Notes: generated by a model not told the origin, from the letters alone. 64,000 nucleotides of DNA from Eledone cirrhosa (GCA_964016885.1 OZ024742.1:1984001-2048000); one strand, 5' to 3'. Shown: positions 9,160 to 25,000, counted from the first letter of the stretch. Numbers and translations: made by a program.

Positions 9160-10299
9160 CTTCTTCCTGTACCAAGAACTAGCTGGAAGATTGATGTTTT
9201 AGAAATAGCAGTCAAATACCCACATTTACAACAGCTTCTTCCTGTACCAAGATCTAGCTGTTAGGTTGATCTTTTAGAAATAGCAGTCAAATACCCACAT
9301 TTACAACAGCTTCTTCCTGTACCAAGAACTAGGTGGTAGGTTGATCTTTTAGAAATAGCAGTCAAATACCCACATTTACAACAGCTTCTTCCTGTACCAA
9401 GAACTAGCTGGTAGGTTGATCTTTTAGAAATAGCAGTCAAATACCCACATTTACAAGAGCTTCTTCTTGTACCAAGAACAAGCTGGTAGATTGATGTTTT
9501 AGAAATAGCAGTCAAATACCCACATTTACAACAGCTTCTTCCTGTAACAAGATCTAGCTGGTAGGTTGATCTTTTAGAAATAGCAGTCAAATACCCGCAT
9601 TTACAACAGCTTCTTCCTGTACAAAGAACTAGGTGGTAGGTTGATCTTTTAGAAATAGCAGTCAAATACCCACATTTACAACAGCTTCTTCCTGTACCAA
9701 GAACTAGCTGGTAGGTTGATCTTTTAGAAATAGCAGTCAAATACCCACATTTACAACAGCTTCTTCCTGTACCAAGAACTACCTGGTAGGTTGATCTTTT
9801 AGAAATAGCAGTCAAATATCCACATTTACAACAGCTTCTTCCTGTACCAAGAACTACCTGGTAGGTTGATCTTTTAGAAATAGCAGTCAAATACCCACAT
9901 TTACAACAGCTTCTTCCTGTACCAAGATCTAGCTGGTAGGTTGATCTTTTAGAAATAGCAGTCAAATACCCACATTTACAACAGCTTCTTCCTGTACCAA
10001 GAACTACCTGGTAGGTTGATCTTTTAGAAATAGCAGTCAAATACCCACATTTACAACAGCTTCTTCCTGTACCAAGAACTAGCTGGTAGGTTGATCTTTT
10101 AGAAATAGCAGTCAAATACCCACATTTACAACAGCTTCTTCCTGTACCAAGAACTAGCTGGTAGGTTGATCTTTTAGAAATAGCAGTCAAATACCCACAT
10201 TTACAACAGCTTCTTCCTGTGCCAAGAACTAGCTGGTAGGTTGATCTTTTAGAAATAGCAGTCAAATACCCACATTTACAACAGCTTCTTCCTGTACCA

Positions 10300-13200
10300 A
10301 GAACTACCTGGTAGGTTGATCTTTTAGAAATAGCAGTCAAATACCCACATTTACAACAGCTTCTTTCTGTACCATGAACTAGCTGGTAGGTTGATCTTTT
10401 AGAAATAGCAGTCAAATACCCACATTTACAAAAGCTTCTTCCTGTACCAAGAACTAGCTGGTAGGTTGATCTTTTAGAAATAGCAGTCAAATACCCGCAT
10501 TTACAACAGCTTCTTGTACCAAGAACTAGCTGGTAGGTTGATCTTTTAGAAATAGCAGTCAAATACCCACATTTACAACAGCTTCTTCCTCTACCAAGAA
10601 CTACCTGGTAGGTTGATCTTTTAGAAATTGCAGTCAAATACCCACATTTACAACAGCTTCTTCTTGTACCAAGAACTAGCTGGTAGGTTGATCTTTTAGA
10701 AATAGCAGTCAAATACCCGCATTTACAACAGCTTCTTCTTGTACCAAGAACTAGCTGGTAGGTTGAACTTTTAGAAATAGCAGTCAAATACCCACATTTA
10801 CAAAAGCTTTGTCCTGTAGTACAAACTACCTGGTAGGTTGATCTTTTAGAAATAGCAGTAAAATACCCACATTTACAACAGCTTCTTCCTGTACCATGAA
10901 CTACCTGGTAGGTTGATCTTTTAGAAATGGCAGTCAAATACCCACATTTACAACAGCTTCTTCTTGTACCAAGAACTAGCTGGTAGGTTGATGTTTTAGA
11001 AATAGCAGTCAAATACCCACATTTACAACAGCTTCTTCTTGTACCAAGAACTAGCTGGTAGGTTGAACTTTTAGAAATAGCAGTCAAATACCCACATTTA
11101 CAACAGCCTCTTCCTGTACCATGAACTACCTGGTAGGTTGATCTTTTAGAAATAGCAGTCAAATAGCCACATTTACAACAGCTTCTTCCTGTACTAAGAA
11201 CTAGCTGGTAGATTGATGTTTTAGAAATAGCAGTCAAATACCCACATTTACAACAGCTTCTTCCTGTACCAAGATCTAGCTGGTAGGTTGAGCTTTTAGA
11301 AATAGCAGTCAAATACCCGCATTTACAACAGCTTCTTCCTGTACAAAGAACTAGGTGGTAGGTTGATCTTTTAGAAATAGCAGTCAAATACCCGCATTTA
11401 CAACAGCTTCTTCCTGTACAAAGAACTAGGTGGTAGGTTGATCTTTTAGAAATAGCAGTCAAATACCCGCATTTACAACAGCTTCTTCCTGTACCAAGAA
11501 CTAGCTGGTAGGTTGATCTTTTAGAAATAGCAGTCAAATACCCACATTTACAACAGCTTCTTCCTGTACCAAGAACTACCTGGTAGGTTGATCTTTTAGA
11601 AATAGCAGTCAAATACCCACATTTACAACAGCTTCTTTCTGTACCATGAACTAGCTGGTAGGTTGATCTTTTAGAAATAGCAGTCAAATACCCACATTTA
11701 CAAAAGCTTCTTCCTGTACCAAGAACTAGCTGGTAGGTTGATCTTTTAGAAATAGCAGTCAAATACCCGCATTTACAACAGCTTCTTGTACCAAGAACTG
11801 GCTGGTAGGTTGATCTTTTAGAAATAGCAGTCAAATACCCACATTTACAACAGCTTCTTCCTGTACCAAGAACTACCTGGTAGGTTGATCTTTTAGAAAT
11901 TGCAGTCAAATACCCACATTTACAACAGCTTCTTCTTGTACCAAGAACTAGCTGGTAGGTTGATCTTTTAGAAATAGCAGTCAAATACCCGCATTTACAA
12001 CAGCTTCTTCTTGTACCAAGAACTAGCTGGTAGGTTGAACTTTTAGAAATAGCAGTCAAATACCCACATTTACAAAAGCTTTGTCCTGTAGTACAAACTA
12101 CCTGGTAGGTTGATCTTTTAGAAATAGCAGTAAAATACCCACATTTACAACAGCTTCTTCCTGTACCATGAACTACCTGGTAGGTTGATCTTTTAGAAAT
12201 GGCAGTCAAATACCCACATTTACAACAGCTTCTTCTTGCACCAAGAACTAGCTGGTAGGTTGATGTTTTAGAAATAGCAGTCAAATACCACATTTACAAC
12301 AGCTTCTTCTTGTACCAAGAACTAGCTGGTAGGTTGAACTTTTAGAAATAGCAGTCAAATACCCACATTTACAACAGCCTCTTCCTGTACCATGAACTAC
12401 CTGGTAGGTTGATCTTTTAGAAATAGCAGTCAAATACCCACATTTACAACAGCTTCTTCCTGTACTAAGAACTAGCTGGTAGATTGATGTTTTAGAAATA
12501 GCAGTCAAATACCCACATTTACAACAGCTTCTTCCTGTACCAAGATCTAGCTGGTAGGTTGATCTTTTAGAAATAGCAGTCAAATACCCGCATTTACAAC
12601 AGCTTCTTCCTGTACAAAGAACTAGGTGGTAGGTTGATCTTTTAGAAATAGCAGTCAAATACCCGCATTTACAACAGCTTCTTCCTGAACAAAGAACTAG
12701 GTGGTAGGTTGATCTTTTAGAAATAGCAGTCAAATACCCACATTTACAACAGCTTCTTCCTGTACCAAGAACTAGCTGGTAGGTTGATCTTTTAGAAATA
12801 GCAGTCAAATACCCACATTTACAACAGCTTCTTCCTGTACCAAGAACTACCTGGTAGGTTGATCTTTTAGAAATAGCAGTCAAATACCCACATTTACAAC
12901 AGCTTCTTCCTGTACCAAGAACTAGCTGGTAGGTTGATCTTTTAGAAATAGCAGTCAAATACCCACATTTACAACAGCTTCTTCCTGTACCAAGAACTAG
13001 CTGGTAGGTTGATCTTTTAGAAATAGCAGTCAAATACCCACATTTACAACAGCTTCTTCCTGTGCCAAGAACTAGCTGGTAGGTTGATCTTTTAGAAATA
13101 GCAGGCCAATACCCACATTTACAACAGCTTCTTCCTGTACCAAGAACTACCTGGTAGGTTGATCTTTTAGAAATAGCAGTCAAATACCCACATTTACAAC

Positions 13201-14000
13201 AGCTTCTTTCTGTACCATGAACTAGCTGGTAGGTTGATCTTTTAGAAATAGCAGTCAAATACCCACATTTACAAAAGCTTCTTCCTGTACCAAGAACTAG
13301 CTGGTAGGTTGATCTTTTAGAAATAGCAGTCAAATACCCGCATTTACAACAGCTTCTTGTACCAAGAACTAGCTGGTAGGTTGATCTTTTAGAAATAGCA
13401 GTCAAATACCCACATTTACAACAGCTTCTTCCTGTACCAAGAACTACCTGGTAGGTTGATCTTTTAGAAATTGCAGTCAAATACCCACATTTACAACAGC
13501 TTCTTCTTGTACCAAGAACTAGCTGGTAGGTTGATCTTTTAGAAATAGCAGTCAAATACCCGCATTTACAACAGCTTCTTCTTGTACCAAGAACTAGCTG
13601 GTCGGTTGAACTTTTAGAAATAGCAGTCAAATACCCACATTTACAAAAGCTTTGTCCTGTAGTACAAACTACCTGGTAGGTTGATCTTTTAGAAATAGCA
13701 GTAAAATACCCACATTTACAACAGCTTCTTCCTGTACCATGAACTACCTGGTAGGTTGATCTTTTAGAAATGGCAGTCAAATACCCACATTTACAACAGC
13801 TTCTTGTACCAAGAACTAGCTGGTAGGTTGATGTTTTAGAAATAGCAGTCAAATACCCACATTTACAACAGCTTCTTCCTGTACCAAGAACTAGCTGGTA
13901 GGTTGATCTTTTAGAAATAGCAGTCAAATACCCACATTTACAACAGCTTCTTCTTGTACCAAGAACTAGCTGGTAGGTTGAACTTTTAGAAATAGCAGTC
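10300..14000. repeat. Three copies of a ~1.3-1.6 kb higher-order block
   Basis: Diagnostic monomer caaaagctttgtcctgtagtacaaac...gcagtaaaatac occurs at 10801, 12073 and 13644. Each copy has linked aaattgcag and 72-bp deletion monomers. Confidence 0.85.
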
Positions 14001-15859
14001 AAATACCCACATTTACAACAGCTTCTTTCTGTACCATGAACTACCTGGTAGGTTGAACTTTTAGAAATAGCAGTCTAATACCCACATTTACAACAGCTTC
14101 TTCCTGTACCATGAACTACCTGGTAGGTTGATCTTTTAGAAATAGCAGTCAAATACCCACATTTACAACAGCTTCTTCTTGTACCAAGAACTAGCTGGTT
14201 GGTTGATCTTTTAGAAATAGCAGTCAAATACCCACATTTACAACAGCTTCTTCCTGTACCAAGAACTAGCTGGTAGGTTGATCTTTTAGATATAGCAGTC
14301 AAATACCCACATTTACAACAGCTTCTTCCTGTACCAAGAACAAGCTGGTAGGTTGATCTTTTAGATATAGCAGTCAAATACCCACATTTACAACAGCTTC
14401 TTACTGTACCAAGAACTACCTGGTGGGTTGATCTTTTAGAAATAGCAGTCAAATACCCACATTTACAACAGCTTCTTCCTGTACCAAGAACTAGCTGGTA
14501 GGTTGATCTTTTAGAAATAGCAGTCAAATGCCCACATTTACAACTGCTTCTTCTTGTACCAAGAACTAGCTGGTAGGTTGAACTTTTAGAAATAGCAGTC
14601 AAATACCCACATTTACAACAGCTTCTTCCTGTACCATGAACTACCTGGTAGGTTGATCTTTTAGAAATAGCAGTCAAATACCCACATTTACAACAGCTTC
14701 TTCTTGTACCAAGAACTAACTGGTAGGTTGATCTTTTAGAAATAGCAGTCAAGTACCCACATTTACAACAGCTTCTTCCTGTACCAAGAACTAGCTGGTA
14801 GGTTGATGTTTTAGAAATAGCAGTCAAATACCCACATTTACAACAGCTTCTTCCTGTACTAAGAACTAGCTGGTAGGTTGATGTTTTAGAAATAGCAGTC
14901 AAATACCCACATTTACAACAACTTCTTCCTGAACCATGAACGACCTGGTAGGTTGATCTTTTAGAAATGGCAGTCAAATACCCACATTTACAACAGCTTC
15001 TTCTTGTACCAAGAACTAGCTGGTAGGTTGATCTTTTAGAAATAACAGTCAAATACCCACATTTACAACAGCTTCTTCCTGTACCAAGAACTAGCTGGTA
15101 GGTTGATCTTTTAGAAATAGCAGTCAAATACCCACATTTACAACAGCTTCTTTCTGTACCATGAACTACCTGGTAGGTTGAACTTTTAGAAATAGCAGTC
15201 AAATACCCACATTTACAACAGCTTCTTCCTGTACCATGAACTACCTGGTAGGTTGATCTTTTAGAAATAGCAGTCAAATACCCACATTTACAACAGCTTC
15301 TTCTTGTACCAAGAACTAGCTGGTTGGTTGATCTTTTAGAAATAGCAGTCAAATACCCACATTTACAACAGCTTCTTCCTGTACCAAGAACTAGCTGGTA
15401 GGTTGATCTTTTAGATATAGCAGTCAAATACCCACATTTACAACAGCTTCTTACTGTACCAAGAGCTACCTGGTAGGTTGATCTTTTAGAAATAGCAGTC
15501 AAATACCCACATTTACAACAGCTTCTTCCTCTAGTACAAACTACCTGGTAGGTTGATCTTTTAGAAATAGCAGTCAAATACCCACATGTACAACAGCTTC
15601 TTCTTGTACCAAGAACTATGTGGTAGGTTGATCTTTTAGAAATAGCAGTCAAGTACCCACATTTACAACAGCTTCTTCCTGTACCAAGAACTACCTGGTA
15701 GGTTGATGTTTTAGAAATAGCAGTCAAATACCCACATTTACAACAGCTTCTTACTGTACCAAGAGCTACCTGGTAGGTTGATCTTTTAGAAATAGCAGTC
15801 AAATACCCACATTTACAACTGCTTCTTCTTGTACCAAGAACTAGCTGGTAGGTTGAACT

Positions 15860-18385
15860 TTTAGAAATAGCAGTCAAATACCCACATTTACAACAGCTTC
15901 TTCCTGTACCATGAACTACCTGGTAGGTTGATCTTTTAGAAATAGCAGTCAAATACCCACATTTACAACAGCTTCTTCTTGTACCAAGAACTAGCTGGTA
16001 GGTTGATCTTTTAGAAATAGCAGTCAAATACCCACATTTACAACTGCTTCTTCTTGTACCAAGAACTAGCTGGTAGGTTGAACTTTTAGAAATAGCAGTC
16101 AAATACCCACATTTACAACAGCTTCTTCCTGTGCCAAGAACTACCTGGTAGGTTGATGTTTTAGAAATAGCAGTCAAATGCCCACATTTACAACTGCTTC
16201 TTCTTGTACCAAGAACTAGCTGGTAGGTTGAACTTTTAGAAATAGCAGTCAAATACCCACATTTACAACAGCTTCTTCCTGTACCATGAACTACCTGGTA
16301 GGTTGATCTTTTAGAAATAGCAGTCAAATACCCACATTTACAACAGCTTCTTCTTGTACCAAGAACTAGCTGGTAGGTTGATCTTTTAGAAATAGCAGTC
16401 AAATACCCACATTTACAACAGCTTCTTACTGTACCAAGAACTACCTGGTAGGTTGATCTTTTAGAAATAGCAGTCAAATACCCACATTTACAACTGCTTC
16501 TTCTTGTACCAAGAACTAGCTGGTAGGTTGAACTTTTAGAAATAGCAGTCAAATACCCACATTTACAACAGCTTCTTCCTGTACCATGAACTACCTGGTA
16601 GGTTGATCTTTTAGAAATAGCAGTCAAATACCCACATTTACAACAGCTTCTTCCTGTACCAAGAACTACCTGGTAGGTTGATGTTTTAGAAATAGCAGTC
16701 AAATACCCACATTTACAACAGCTTCTTCTTGTACCAAGAACTACCTGGTAGGTTGATCTTTTAGAAATAGCAGTCAAGTACCCACATTTACAACAGCTTC
16801 TTCCTGTACCAAGAACTAGCTGGTAGGTTGATGTTTTAGAAATAGCAGTCAAATACCCACATTTACAACAGCTTCTTCTTGTACCAAGAACTACCTGGTA
16901 GGTTGATCTTTTAGAAATAGCAGTCAAATACCCACATTTACAACAGCTTCTTCCTGTACCAAGAACTACCTGGTAGGTTGATGTTTTAGAAATAGCAGTC
17001 AAATGCCCACATTTACAACTGCTTCTTCTTGTACCAAGAACTAGCTGGTAGGTTGAACTTTTAGAAATAGCAGTCAAATACCCACATTTACAACAGCTTC
17101 TTCCTGTACCATGAACTACCTGGTAGGTTGATCTTTTAGAAATAGCAGTCAAATACCCACATTTACAACAGCTTCTTCCTGTACCATGAACTACCTGGTA
17201 GGTTGATCTTTTAGAAATAGCAGTCAAATACCCACATTTACAACAGCTTCTTCCTGTACCAAGAACTACCAGGTAGGTTGATATTTTAGAAATAGCAGTC
17301 AAATACCCACATTTACAACAGCTTCTTCCTGTACCATGAACTACCTGGTAGGTTGATCTTTTAGAAATAGCAGTTAAATACCCACATTTACAACAGCTTC
17401 TTCTTGTACCAAGAACTAGCTGGTAGGTTGATCTTTTAGAAATAGCAGTCAAATACCCACATTTACAACTGCTTCTTCTTGTACCAAGAACTAGCTGGTA
17501 GGTTGAACTTTTAGAAATAGCAGTCAAATACCCACATTTACAACAGCTTCTTCCTGTACCAAGAACTACCTGGTAGGTTGATGTTTTAGAAATAGCAGTC
17601 AAATGCCCACATTTACAACTGCTTCTTCTTGTACCAAGAACTAGCTGGTAGGTTGAACTTTTAGAAATAGCAGTCAAATACCCACATTTACAACAGCTTC
17701 TTCCTGTACCATGAACTACCTGGTAGGTTGATCTTTTAGAAATAGCAGTCAAATACCCACATTTACAACAGCTTCTTCTTGTACCAAGAACTAGCTGGTA
17801 GGTTGATCTTTTAGAAATAGCAGTCAAATACCCACATTTACAACAGCTTCTTACTGTACCAAGAACTACCTGGTAGGTTGATCTTTTAGAAATAGCAGTC
17901 AAATACCCACATTTACAAATGCTTCTTCTTGTACCAAGAACTAGCTGGTAGGTTGAACTTTTAGAAATAGCAGTCAAATACCCACATTTACAACAGCTTC
18001 TTCCTGTACCATGAACTACCTGGTAGGTTGATCTTTTAGAAATAGCAGTCAAATACCCACATTTACAACAGCTTCTTCCTGTACCAAGAACTACCTGGTA
18101 GGTTGATGTTTTAGAAATAGCAGTCAAATACCCACATTTACAACAGCTTCTTCTTGTACCAAGAACTACCTGGTAGGTTGATCTTTTAGAAATAGCAGTC
18201 AAGTACCCACATTTACAACAGCTTCTTCCTGCACCAAGAACTAGCTGGTAGGTTGATGTTTTAGAAATAGCAGTCAAATACCCACATTTACAACAGCTTC
18301 TTCTTGTACCAAGAACTACCTGGTAGGTTGATCTTTTAGAAATAGCAGTCAAATACCCACATTTACAACAGCTTCTTCCTGTACC
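15860..18385. repeat. Duplication with 19-monomer (1425-bp) period
   Basis: Markers recur at +1425: caaatg 16180/17605, cttact 16428/17853, caagta 16778/18203. Confidence 0.8.
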
Positions 18386-19099
18386 ATGAACTACCTGGTA
18401 GGTTGATCTTTTAGAAATAGCAGTCAAATACCCACATTTACAACAGCTTCTTCTTGTACCAAGAACTAGCTGGTAGGTTGATCTTTTAGAAATAGCAGTC
18501 AAATACCCACATTTACAACTGCTTCTTCTTGTACCAAGAACTAGCTGGTAGGTTGAACTTTTAGAAATAGCAGTCAAATACCCACATTTACAACAGCTTC
18601 TTCCTGTACCATGAACTACCTGGTAGGTTGATCTTTTAGAAATAGCAGTCAAATACCCACATTTACAACAGCTTCTTGTACCAAGAACTACCAGGTAGGT
18701 TGATGTTTTAGAAATAGCAGTCAAATACCCACATTTACAACAGCTTCTTCCTGTAGTACAAACCACCTGGTAGGTTGATCTTTAGAAATAGCAGTCAAAT
18801 ACCCACATTTACAACAACTTCTTCCTGAACCATGAACTACTTGGTAGGTTGATCTTTTAGAAATGGCAGTCAAATACCCACATTTACAACAGCTTCTTCG
18901 TGTACCAAGAACTACCTGGTAGGTTGATCTTTTAGAAATAGCAGTCAAATACCCACATTTCCAACAGCTTCTTCTTGTACCAAGAACTAGCTGGTAGGTT
19001 GATCTTTTAGAAATAGCAGTCAAATACCCACATTTACAACAGCTTCTTCCTGTACCAAGAACTAGCTAGTAGGTTGATCTTTTAGAAATAGCAGTCAAA

Positions 19100-22000
19100 T
19101 ACCCACATTCACAACAGCTTCTTCTTGTACCAAGAACTAGCTGGTAGGTTGATCTTTTAGAAATAGCAGTCAAATACCCAAATTTACAACAGCTTCTTCC
19201 TGTACCATGAACTACCTGGTAGGTTGATCTTTTAGAAATAGCAGTCAAATACCCACATTTACAACAGCTTCTTCTTGTACCAAGAACTAGGTGGTAGGTT
19301 GATCTTTTAGAAATAGCAGTCAAATACCCACATTTACAACAGCTTCTTCCTGTACCATGAACTACCTGGTAGGTTGATCTTTTAGAAATAGCAGTCAAAT
19401 ACCCACATTTACAACAGCTTCTTCTTGTACCAAGAACTAGCTGGTAGGTTGATCTTTTAGAAATAGCAGTCAAATACCCACATTTACAACAGCTTCTTCC
19501 TGTACCAAGAACTAGCTGGTAGGTTGATGTTTTAGAAATAGCAGTCAAATACCCACATTTACAACAGCTTCTTCCTGTAGTACAAACCACCTGGTAGGTT
19601 GATCTTTTAGAAATAGCAGTCAAATACCCACATTTACAACAACTTCTTCCTGAACCATGAACTACCTGGTAGGTTGATCTTTTAGAAATGGCAGTCAAAT
19701 ACCCACATTTACAACAGCTTCTTCCTGTACCAAGAACTAGCTGGTAGGTTGATCTTTTAGAAATAGCAGTCAAATACCCACATTTACAACAGCTTCTTCC
19801 AGTACCAAGAACTAGCTGGTAGGTTGATCTTTTAGAAATAGCAGTCAAATACCCACATTTACAACAACTTCTTCCTGAACCATAAACTACCTGGTAGGTT
19901 GATCTTTTAGAAATGGCAGTCAAATACCCACATTTACAACAGCTTCTTCCTGTACCAAGAACTAGCTGGTAGGTTGATCTTTTAGAAATAGCAGTCAAAT
20001 ACCCACATTTACAACAACTTCTTCCTGAACCATGAACTACCTGGTAGGTTGATCTTTTATAAATAGCAGTCAAATACCCACATTTACAACAGCTTCTTCC
20101 TGTACCAAGAACTAGCTGGTAGGTTGATCTTTTAGAAATAGCAGTCAAATACCCACATTTACAACAGCTTCTTCCTGTACCAAGAACTACCTGGTAGGTT
20201 GATCTTTTAGAAATAGCAGTCAAATACCGACATTTACAACAGCTTCTTCCTGTACCAAGAACTAGCTGGTAGGTTGATCTTTTAGAAATAGCAGTCAAAT
20301 ACCCACATTTACAACAGCTTCTTCCTGTACCAAGAACTAGCTGGTAGGTTGATCTTTTAGAAATAGCAGTCAAATACCCACATTTACAACAGCTTCTTCC
20401 TGTACCAAGAACTAGCTGGTAGGTTGATCTTTTAGAAATAGCAGTCAAATACCGACATTTACAACAGCTTCTTCCTGTACCAAGAACTAGCTGGTAGGTT
20501 GATCTTTTAGAAATAGCAGTCAAATACCCACATTTACAACAGCTTCTTCCTGTAGCAAGAACTACCTGGTAGGTTGATCTTTTAGAAATGGCAGTCAAAT
20601 ACCCACATTTACAACAGCTTCTTCTTGTACCAAGAACTAGCTGGTAGGTTGATCTTTTAGAAATAGCAGTCAAATACCCACATTTACAACAGCTTCTTCC
20701 TGTACCAAGAACTACCTGGTAGGTTGATCTTTTAGAAATAGCAGTCAAATTCCCACATTTACAACAGCTTCTTACTGTACCAAGAACTACCTGGTAGGTT
20801 GATCTTTTAGAAATAACAGTCAAATACCCACATTTACAACAGCTTCTTCCTGTACCAAGAACTAGCTGGTAGGTTGATGTTTTAGAAATAGCAGTCAAAT
20901 ACCCACATTTACAACACCTTCTTTCTGTACCATGAACTACCTGGTAGGTTGATCTTTTAGAAATGGCAGTCAAATACCCACATTTACAACAGCTTCTTGT
21001 ACCAAGAACTAGCTGGTAGGTTGATCTTTTAGAAATAGCAGTAAAATACCCACATTTACAACAGCTTCTTCCTGTACCAAGAACTACCTGTTAGGTTGAT
21101 CTTTTAGAAATAGCAGTCAAATACCCACATTTACAACAGCTTCTTCCTGTACCAAGAACTAGCTGGTAGGTTGATCATTTAGAAATAGCAGTCAAATACC
21201 CACATTTACAACAGCTTCTTGTACGAAGAACTACCTGGTAGGTTGATGTTTTAGAAATAGCAGTCAAATACCCACATTTACAACAGCTTCTGTCTGTACC
21301 ATGAACTAGCTGGTAGGTTGATCTTTTAGAAATAGCAGTCAAATACCCACATTTACAACAGCTTCTTCCTGTACCAAGAACTACCGGGTAGGTTGATCTT
21401 TTAGAAATAGCAGTCAAATACCCATATTTACAACAGCTTCTTCCTGTACCAAGAACTACCTGGTAGGTTGATCTTTTAGAAATAGCAGTCAAATACCCAC
21501 ATTTACAACAGCTTCTTTCTGTACCATGAACTACCTGGTAGGTTGATCTTTTAGAAATAGCAGTCAAATACCCACATTTACAACAGCTTCTTCCTGTACC
21601 AAGAACTAGCTGGTAGGTTGATCTTTTAGAAATAGCAGTCAAATACCCATATTTACAACAGCTTCTTCCTGTACCAAGAACTACCTGGTAGGTTGATCTT
21701 TTAGTAATAGCAGTCAAATACCCACATTTACAACAGCTTCTTCCTGTACCAAGAACTAGCTGGTTGGTTGATCTTTTAGAAATAGCAGTCAAATACCCAC
21801 ATTTACAACAGCTTCTTGTACCAAGAACTAGCTGGTAGGTTGATCTTTTAGAAATAGCAGTCAAATACCCACATTTACAACAGCTTCTTCTTGTACCAAG
21901 AACTACCTGGTAGGTTGATCTTTTAGAAATAGCAGTCAAATACCCACATTTACAACAGCTTCTTCCTGTACCAAGAACTAGCTGGTAGGTTGATCTTTTA

Positions 22001-25000
22001 GAAATAGCAGTAAAATACCCACATTTACAACAGCTTCTTCCTGTACCATGAACTACCTGGTAGGTTGATCTTTTAGAAATAGCAGTCAAATACCCACATT
22101 TACAACAGCTTCTTCTTGTACCAAGAACTAGGTGGTAGGTTGATCTTTTAGAAATAGCAGTCAAATACCCACATTTACAACAGCTTCTTCCTGTACCATG
22201 AACTACCTGGTAGGTTGATCTTTTAGAAATAGCAGTCAAATACCCACATTTACAACAGCTTCTTCTTGTACCAAGAACTAGCTGGTAGGTTGATCTTTTA
22301 GAAATAGCAGTCAAATACCCACATTTACAACAGCTTCTTCCTGTACCAAGAACTAGCTGGTAGGTTGATGTTTTAGAAATAGCAGTCAAATACCCACATT
22401 TACAACAGCTTCTTCCTGTAGTACAAACCACCTGGTAGGTTGATCTTTTAGAAATAGCAGTCAAATACCCACATTTACAACAACTTCTTCCTGAACCATG
22501 AACTACCTGGTAGGTTGATCTTTTAGAAATGGCAGTCAAATACCCACATTTACAACAGCTTCTTCCTGTACCAAGAACTAGCTGGTAGGTTGATCTTTTA
22601 GAAATAGCAGTCAAATACCCACATTTACAACAGCTTCTTCCAGTACCAAGAACTAGCTGGTAGGTTGATCTTTTAGAAATAGCAGTCAAATACCCACATT
22701 TACAACAACTTCTTGCTGAACCATGAACTACCTGGTAGGTTGATCTTTTAGAAATGGCAGTCAAATACCCACATTTACAACAGCTTCTTCCTGTACCAAG
22801 AACTAGCTGGTATGTTGATCTTTTAGAAATAGCAGTCAAATACCCACATTTACAACAACTTCTTCCTGAACCATGAACTACCTGGTAGGTTGATCTTTTA
22901 GAAATAGCAGTCAAATACCCACATTTACAACAACTTCTTCCTGAACCATGAACTACCTGGTAGGTTGATCTTTTATAAATAGCAGTCAAATACCCACATT
23001 TACAACAGCTTCTTCCTGTACCAAGAACTAGCTGGTAGGTTGATCTTTTAGAAATAGCAGTCAAATACCCACATTTACAACAGCTTCTTCCTGTACCAAG
23101 AACTACCTGGTAGGTTGATCTTTTAGAAATAGCAGTCAAATACCGACATTTACAACAGCTTCTTCCTGTACCAAGAACTAGCTGGTAGGTTGATCTTTTA
23201 GAAATAGCAGTCAAATACCCACATTTACAACAGCTTCTTCCTGTACCAAGAACTAGCTGGTAGGTTGATCTTTTAGAAATAGCAGTCAAATACCCACATT
23301 TACAACAGCTTCTTCCTGTACCAAGAACTAGCTGGTAGGTTGATCTTTTAGAAATAGCAGTCAAATACCGACATTTACAACAGCTTCTTCCTGTACCAAG
23401 AACTAGCTGGTAGGTTGATCTTTTAGAAATAGCAGTCAAATACCCACATTTACAACAGCTTCTTCCTGTACCAAGAACTAGCTGGTAGGTTGATCTTTTA
23501 GAAATAGCAGTCAAATACCCACATTTACAACAGCTTCTTCCTGTACCAAGAACTAGCTGGTAGGTTGATCTTTTAGAAATAGCAGTCAAATACCGACATT
23601 TACAACAGCTTCTTCCTGTACCAAGAACTAGCTGGTAGGTTGATCTGTTAGAAATAGCAGTCAAATACCCACATTTACAACAGCTTCTTCCTGTAGCAAG
23701 AACTACCTGGTAGGTTGATCTTTTAGAAATGGCAGTCAAATACCCACATTTACAACAGCTTCTTCTTGTACCAAGAACTAGCTGGTAGGTTGATCTTTTA
23801 GAAATAGCAGTCAAATACCCACATTTACAACAGCTTCTTCCTGTACCAAGAACTACCTGGTAGGTTGATCTTTTAGAAATAGCAGTCAAATTCCCACATT
23901 TACAACAGCTTCTTACTGTACCAAGAACTACCTGGTAGGTTGATCTTTTAGAAATAACAGTCAAATACCCACATTTACAACAGCTTCTTCCTGTACCAAG
24001 AACTAGCTGGTAGGTTGATGTTTTAGAAATAGCAGTCAAATACCCACATTTACAACACCTTCTTTCTGTACCATGAACTACCTGGTAGGTTGATCTTTTA
24101 GAAATGGCAGTCAAATACCCACATTTACAACAGCTTCTTGTACCAAGAACTAGCTGGTAGGTTGATCTTTTAGAAATAGCAGTCAAATACCCACATTTAC
24201 AACAGCTTCTTCCTGTACCAAGAACTACCTGTTAGGTTGATCTTTTAGAAATAGCAGTCAAATACCCACATTTACAACAGCTTCTTCCTGTACCAAGAAC
24301 TAGCTGGTAGGTTGATCATTTAGAAATAGCAGTCAAATACCCACATTTACAACAGCTTCTTGTACGAAGAACTACCTGGTAGGTTGATGTTTTAGAAATA
24401 GCAGTCAAATACCCACACTTACAACAGCTTCTGTCTGTACCATGAACTAGCTGGTAGGTTGATCTTTTAGAAATAGCAGTCAAATACCCACATTTACAAC
24501 AGCTTCTTCCTGTACCAAGAACTACCGGGTAGGTTGATCTTTTAGAAATAGCAGTCAAATACCCATATTTACAACAGCTTCTTCCTGTACCAAGAACTAG
24601 CTGGTAGGTTGATCTTTTAGAAATAGCAGTCAAATACCCATATTTACAACAGCTTCTTCCTGTACCAAGAACTACCTGGTAGGTTGATCTTTTAGTAATA
24701 GCAGTCAAATACCCACATTTACAACAGCTTCTTCCTGTACCAAGAACTAGCTGGTTGGTTGATCTTTTAGAAATAGCAGTCAAATACCCACATTTACAAC
24801 AGCTTCTTGTACCAAGAACTAGCTGGTAGGTTGATCTTTTAGAAATAGCAGTCAAATACCCACATTTACAACAGCTTCTTCTTGTACCAAGAACTACCTG
24901 GTAGGTTGATCTTTTAGAAATAGCAGTCAAATACCCACATTTACAACAGCTTCTTCCTGTACCAAGAACTAGCTGGTAGGTTGATCTTTTAGAAATAGCA

